Shown here one piece after another: positions 63,001 through 64,000 of a stretch of 64,000 nucleotides of DNA. Within the stretch, counting starts at the first letter, position 1. Each line of letters starts with the position of its first letter. Both the position numbers and the translations under genes were made by a program. Below the pieces are notes generated by a model. That model did no database searches, was not told the origin of the DNA, and saw only the letters and a list, made by a program, of their open reading frames with translations. This DNA is from Azolla caroliniana. Taxonomy: Eukaryota; Plantae; Polypodiophyta. Where the stretch lies: assembly GCA_043228905.1 (NCBI GenBank), contig JBHGNT010000008.1, forward strand, positions 18,724,001-18,788,000, in the 5' to 3' direction.

Positions 63001-63779
63001 AAGGTTCAGACCAACAATATACTCACAAAAGTTAGGTGGGTTTATGCAGCTTGTGGGTAATAATCACAAGATGGATCAGAAAAATGTCAAAAAACTACAT
63101 AAATCAAATTATCACCTCACAGATTTTCAAACCTTCTTCGAGATATGGCGAAGCGATGGTTTTCCAAATCCCATAAAAATATTAAATATTCACAACTAAA
63201 GGCAAAGAATATAAAAGAGTGAATAATACGTAGTACCTCCATAGCTAATAAATTCATGTGGAAATAATCCTAAGAACCAGAAAATTTTGCAAAAAGGAAC
63301 TTCAGAAAGTACAACGAGGACGCTTGCAGCTCTCAGCAAATGATAGCAAACTGCATAAATAATCAAGAAGTGGCCTTAAGCACAAGTACACTGTATGAAG
63401 CTAAATTATTCAATTATAAATGGTTCTTACACTCCTCTATAAAGCTGAAGATAATTTTCAAAAGTTAGAAATCAAACCTTTCACACGGTATAAAGGATTG
63501 AAATGTTTCTTGCTATCCTCAACAAGAGGACCCAAACTATCAAGAACCTCTGTAGCTCTCATTCCGTTAGATTTCGAGGCCTCAGTACTTGCACCATCAC
63601 AACAGGAGTCCGCCAACCATGTGCTTCTTGGAGACAAGAAATTATTATCATCTATTGCAGTATATTCACCTGGGGATGAAGCAGCTTCAAGGCACATAAT
63701 AAGTGTCATGAAACCTGGTCTACATAATAGTCTTGATGAAAGTTCATGGGCCATTCTAATGACAAAATCCACGCGGTCC
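42067..63779 (-). CDS. TRM3: TRM3/TARBP1-like tRNA (guanosine-18) 2'-O-methyltransferase, SpoU family; 3' part, continues beyond right edge
   Basis: 26 phase-consistent GT-AG exons: 63779-63478, 63350-63237, 62671-62424, 62340-62083, 61994-61839, 61072-60938, 60168-59929, 58540-58410, 58006-57919, 57851-57690, 57434-57287, 57212-57112, 57029-56859, 54666-54619, 54530-54423, 54229-54155, 52898-52848, 52002-51856, 51673-51528, 50630-50522, 50433-50365, 50285-50042, 49967-49813, 49722-49652, 42475-42319, 42237-42067. SpoU motifs [61 protein letters not shown]; plant-type motifs [21 protein letters not shown]. Confidence 0.95.
43283..48526 (+). mobile_element. Copia D: degenerate Copia in the 7.2-kb TRM3 intron, antisense to the host gene
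   Basis: 5' LTR 43283-43551; PBS TGGTATCAGAGC 43553-43564; gag-pol fragments 43890-47920 ([38 protein letters not shown]); PPT 47974-47981; 3' LTR 47984-48526 lacking its terminal A and TSD; LTRs contain 5 vs 6 copies of a 25-27-bp repeat. Confidence 0.95.
48159..48411. mobile_element. hAT-type MITE (253 bp) in the 3' LTR of Copia D
   Basis: 8-bp TSD CTTAGGAC (48151-48158/48412-48419); TIR CATAGTA.../...TACTATG; absent from the 5' LTR. Confidence 0.9.
48566..48907 (+). repeat. Local duplication of the Copia D 5' flank and LTR start
   Basis: 48566-48860 copies ~43080-43375 (flank plus 93 bp of LTR from 48768); 48864-48907 copies the last ~44 bp of flank again. Confidence 0.9.
49080..49345 (+). 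repeat. Dispersed intronic repeat family (other copies ~43080-43282, 48533-48960, inverted at ~51676-51765), possibly a LINE/SINE 3' end
   Basis: Shared blocks gagacctctccatt, gatg(c/t)aatctcttgttt, ggccatttt and ctcttaa followed by a TTTC-rich tail. Class is inferred. Confidence 0.65.
52241..52370. repeat. Pair of ~38-bp direct repeats
   Basis: accaagat(c/a)gacattgggtattggtagg..tcccatttt at 52241 and 52333. Confidence 0.8.
53915..54023 (+). pseudogene. psaA: Plastid-derived psaA fragment (NUPT) in a TRM3 intron
   Basis: Translates HLN[NIFLAT][27 protein letters not shown], versus the conserved Psa[30 protein letters not shown]. Confidence 0.9.
55030..56620 (-). mobile_element. Degenerate non-LTR retrotransposon remnant, same type as 14612-16720, in a TRM3 intron
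   Basis: KAQDHDGL (~56110-56135), YRTIMIGH (~55930-55950) and [21 protein letters not shown] (55493-55834); internally deleted after the RT N-terminal motifs. Boundaries approximate. Confidence 0.75.
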
Positions 63780-64000
63780 CTGAGAAACACAAAAACCATA
63801 CTTACATACAGCACGCATGAAAGCATGTTCATGTAATATAAGGTTTGCTTTATAAACTCTCTTAAACTTCTAATGCACTTATGAAAAGGACTGAGCATAA
63901 AAAAGATACGAATTGCATGTTATATTAATAGCAAAAAGAAAGCTTAATGTCATTTACAAAAAAAATGTAAGAAAGATATATTAACGACTACTAGAGGCCA

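Overview
Land-plant nuclear DNA; a large-genome, possibly fern-like lineage is my inference from intron structure, TE families and microsatellites. Two spliced minus-strand host genes flank a ~34-kb nested transposon block. Left is an SF2/ASF-like SR splicing factor (SR30/SR34 family; 6 coding exons visible, running off the left edge). Right is a TRM3/TARBP1-like SpoU tRNA (Gm18) 2'-O-methyltransferase (26 exons reconstructed, running off the right edge). The TE block holds: an internally deleted Copia whose leader-PBS-LTR segment is amplified into a 3 x 561-bp array; two LINE remnants; an RT/RNaseH-deleted chromovirus Gypsy whose gag is split by two Copia insertions (A, +; B, -), with B's LTRs in turn carrying a solo LTR and a full Copia C; a CACTA transposase remnant with a solo LTR; and an old Copia remnant. 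TRM3 introns carry Copia D (hAT MITE in its 3' LTR, rearranged 3' flank), a LINE remnant and a short psaA plastid fragment. Best leads: antisense tRNA-like Pol III A/B-box modules in two unrelated LTR retrotransposons, an apparent gag-capsid swap between sister Copias A and B (which also form a long inverted repeat), the LTR-PBS tandem array, and candidate poison/alternative splice sites in the SR gene. All coordinates and difference counts were read by eye; no database searches were run.
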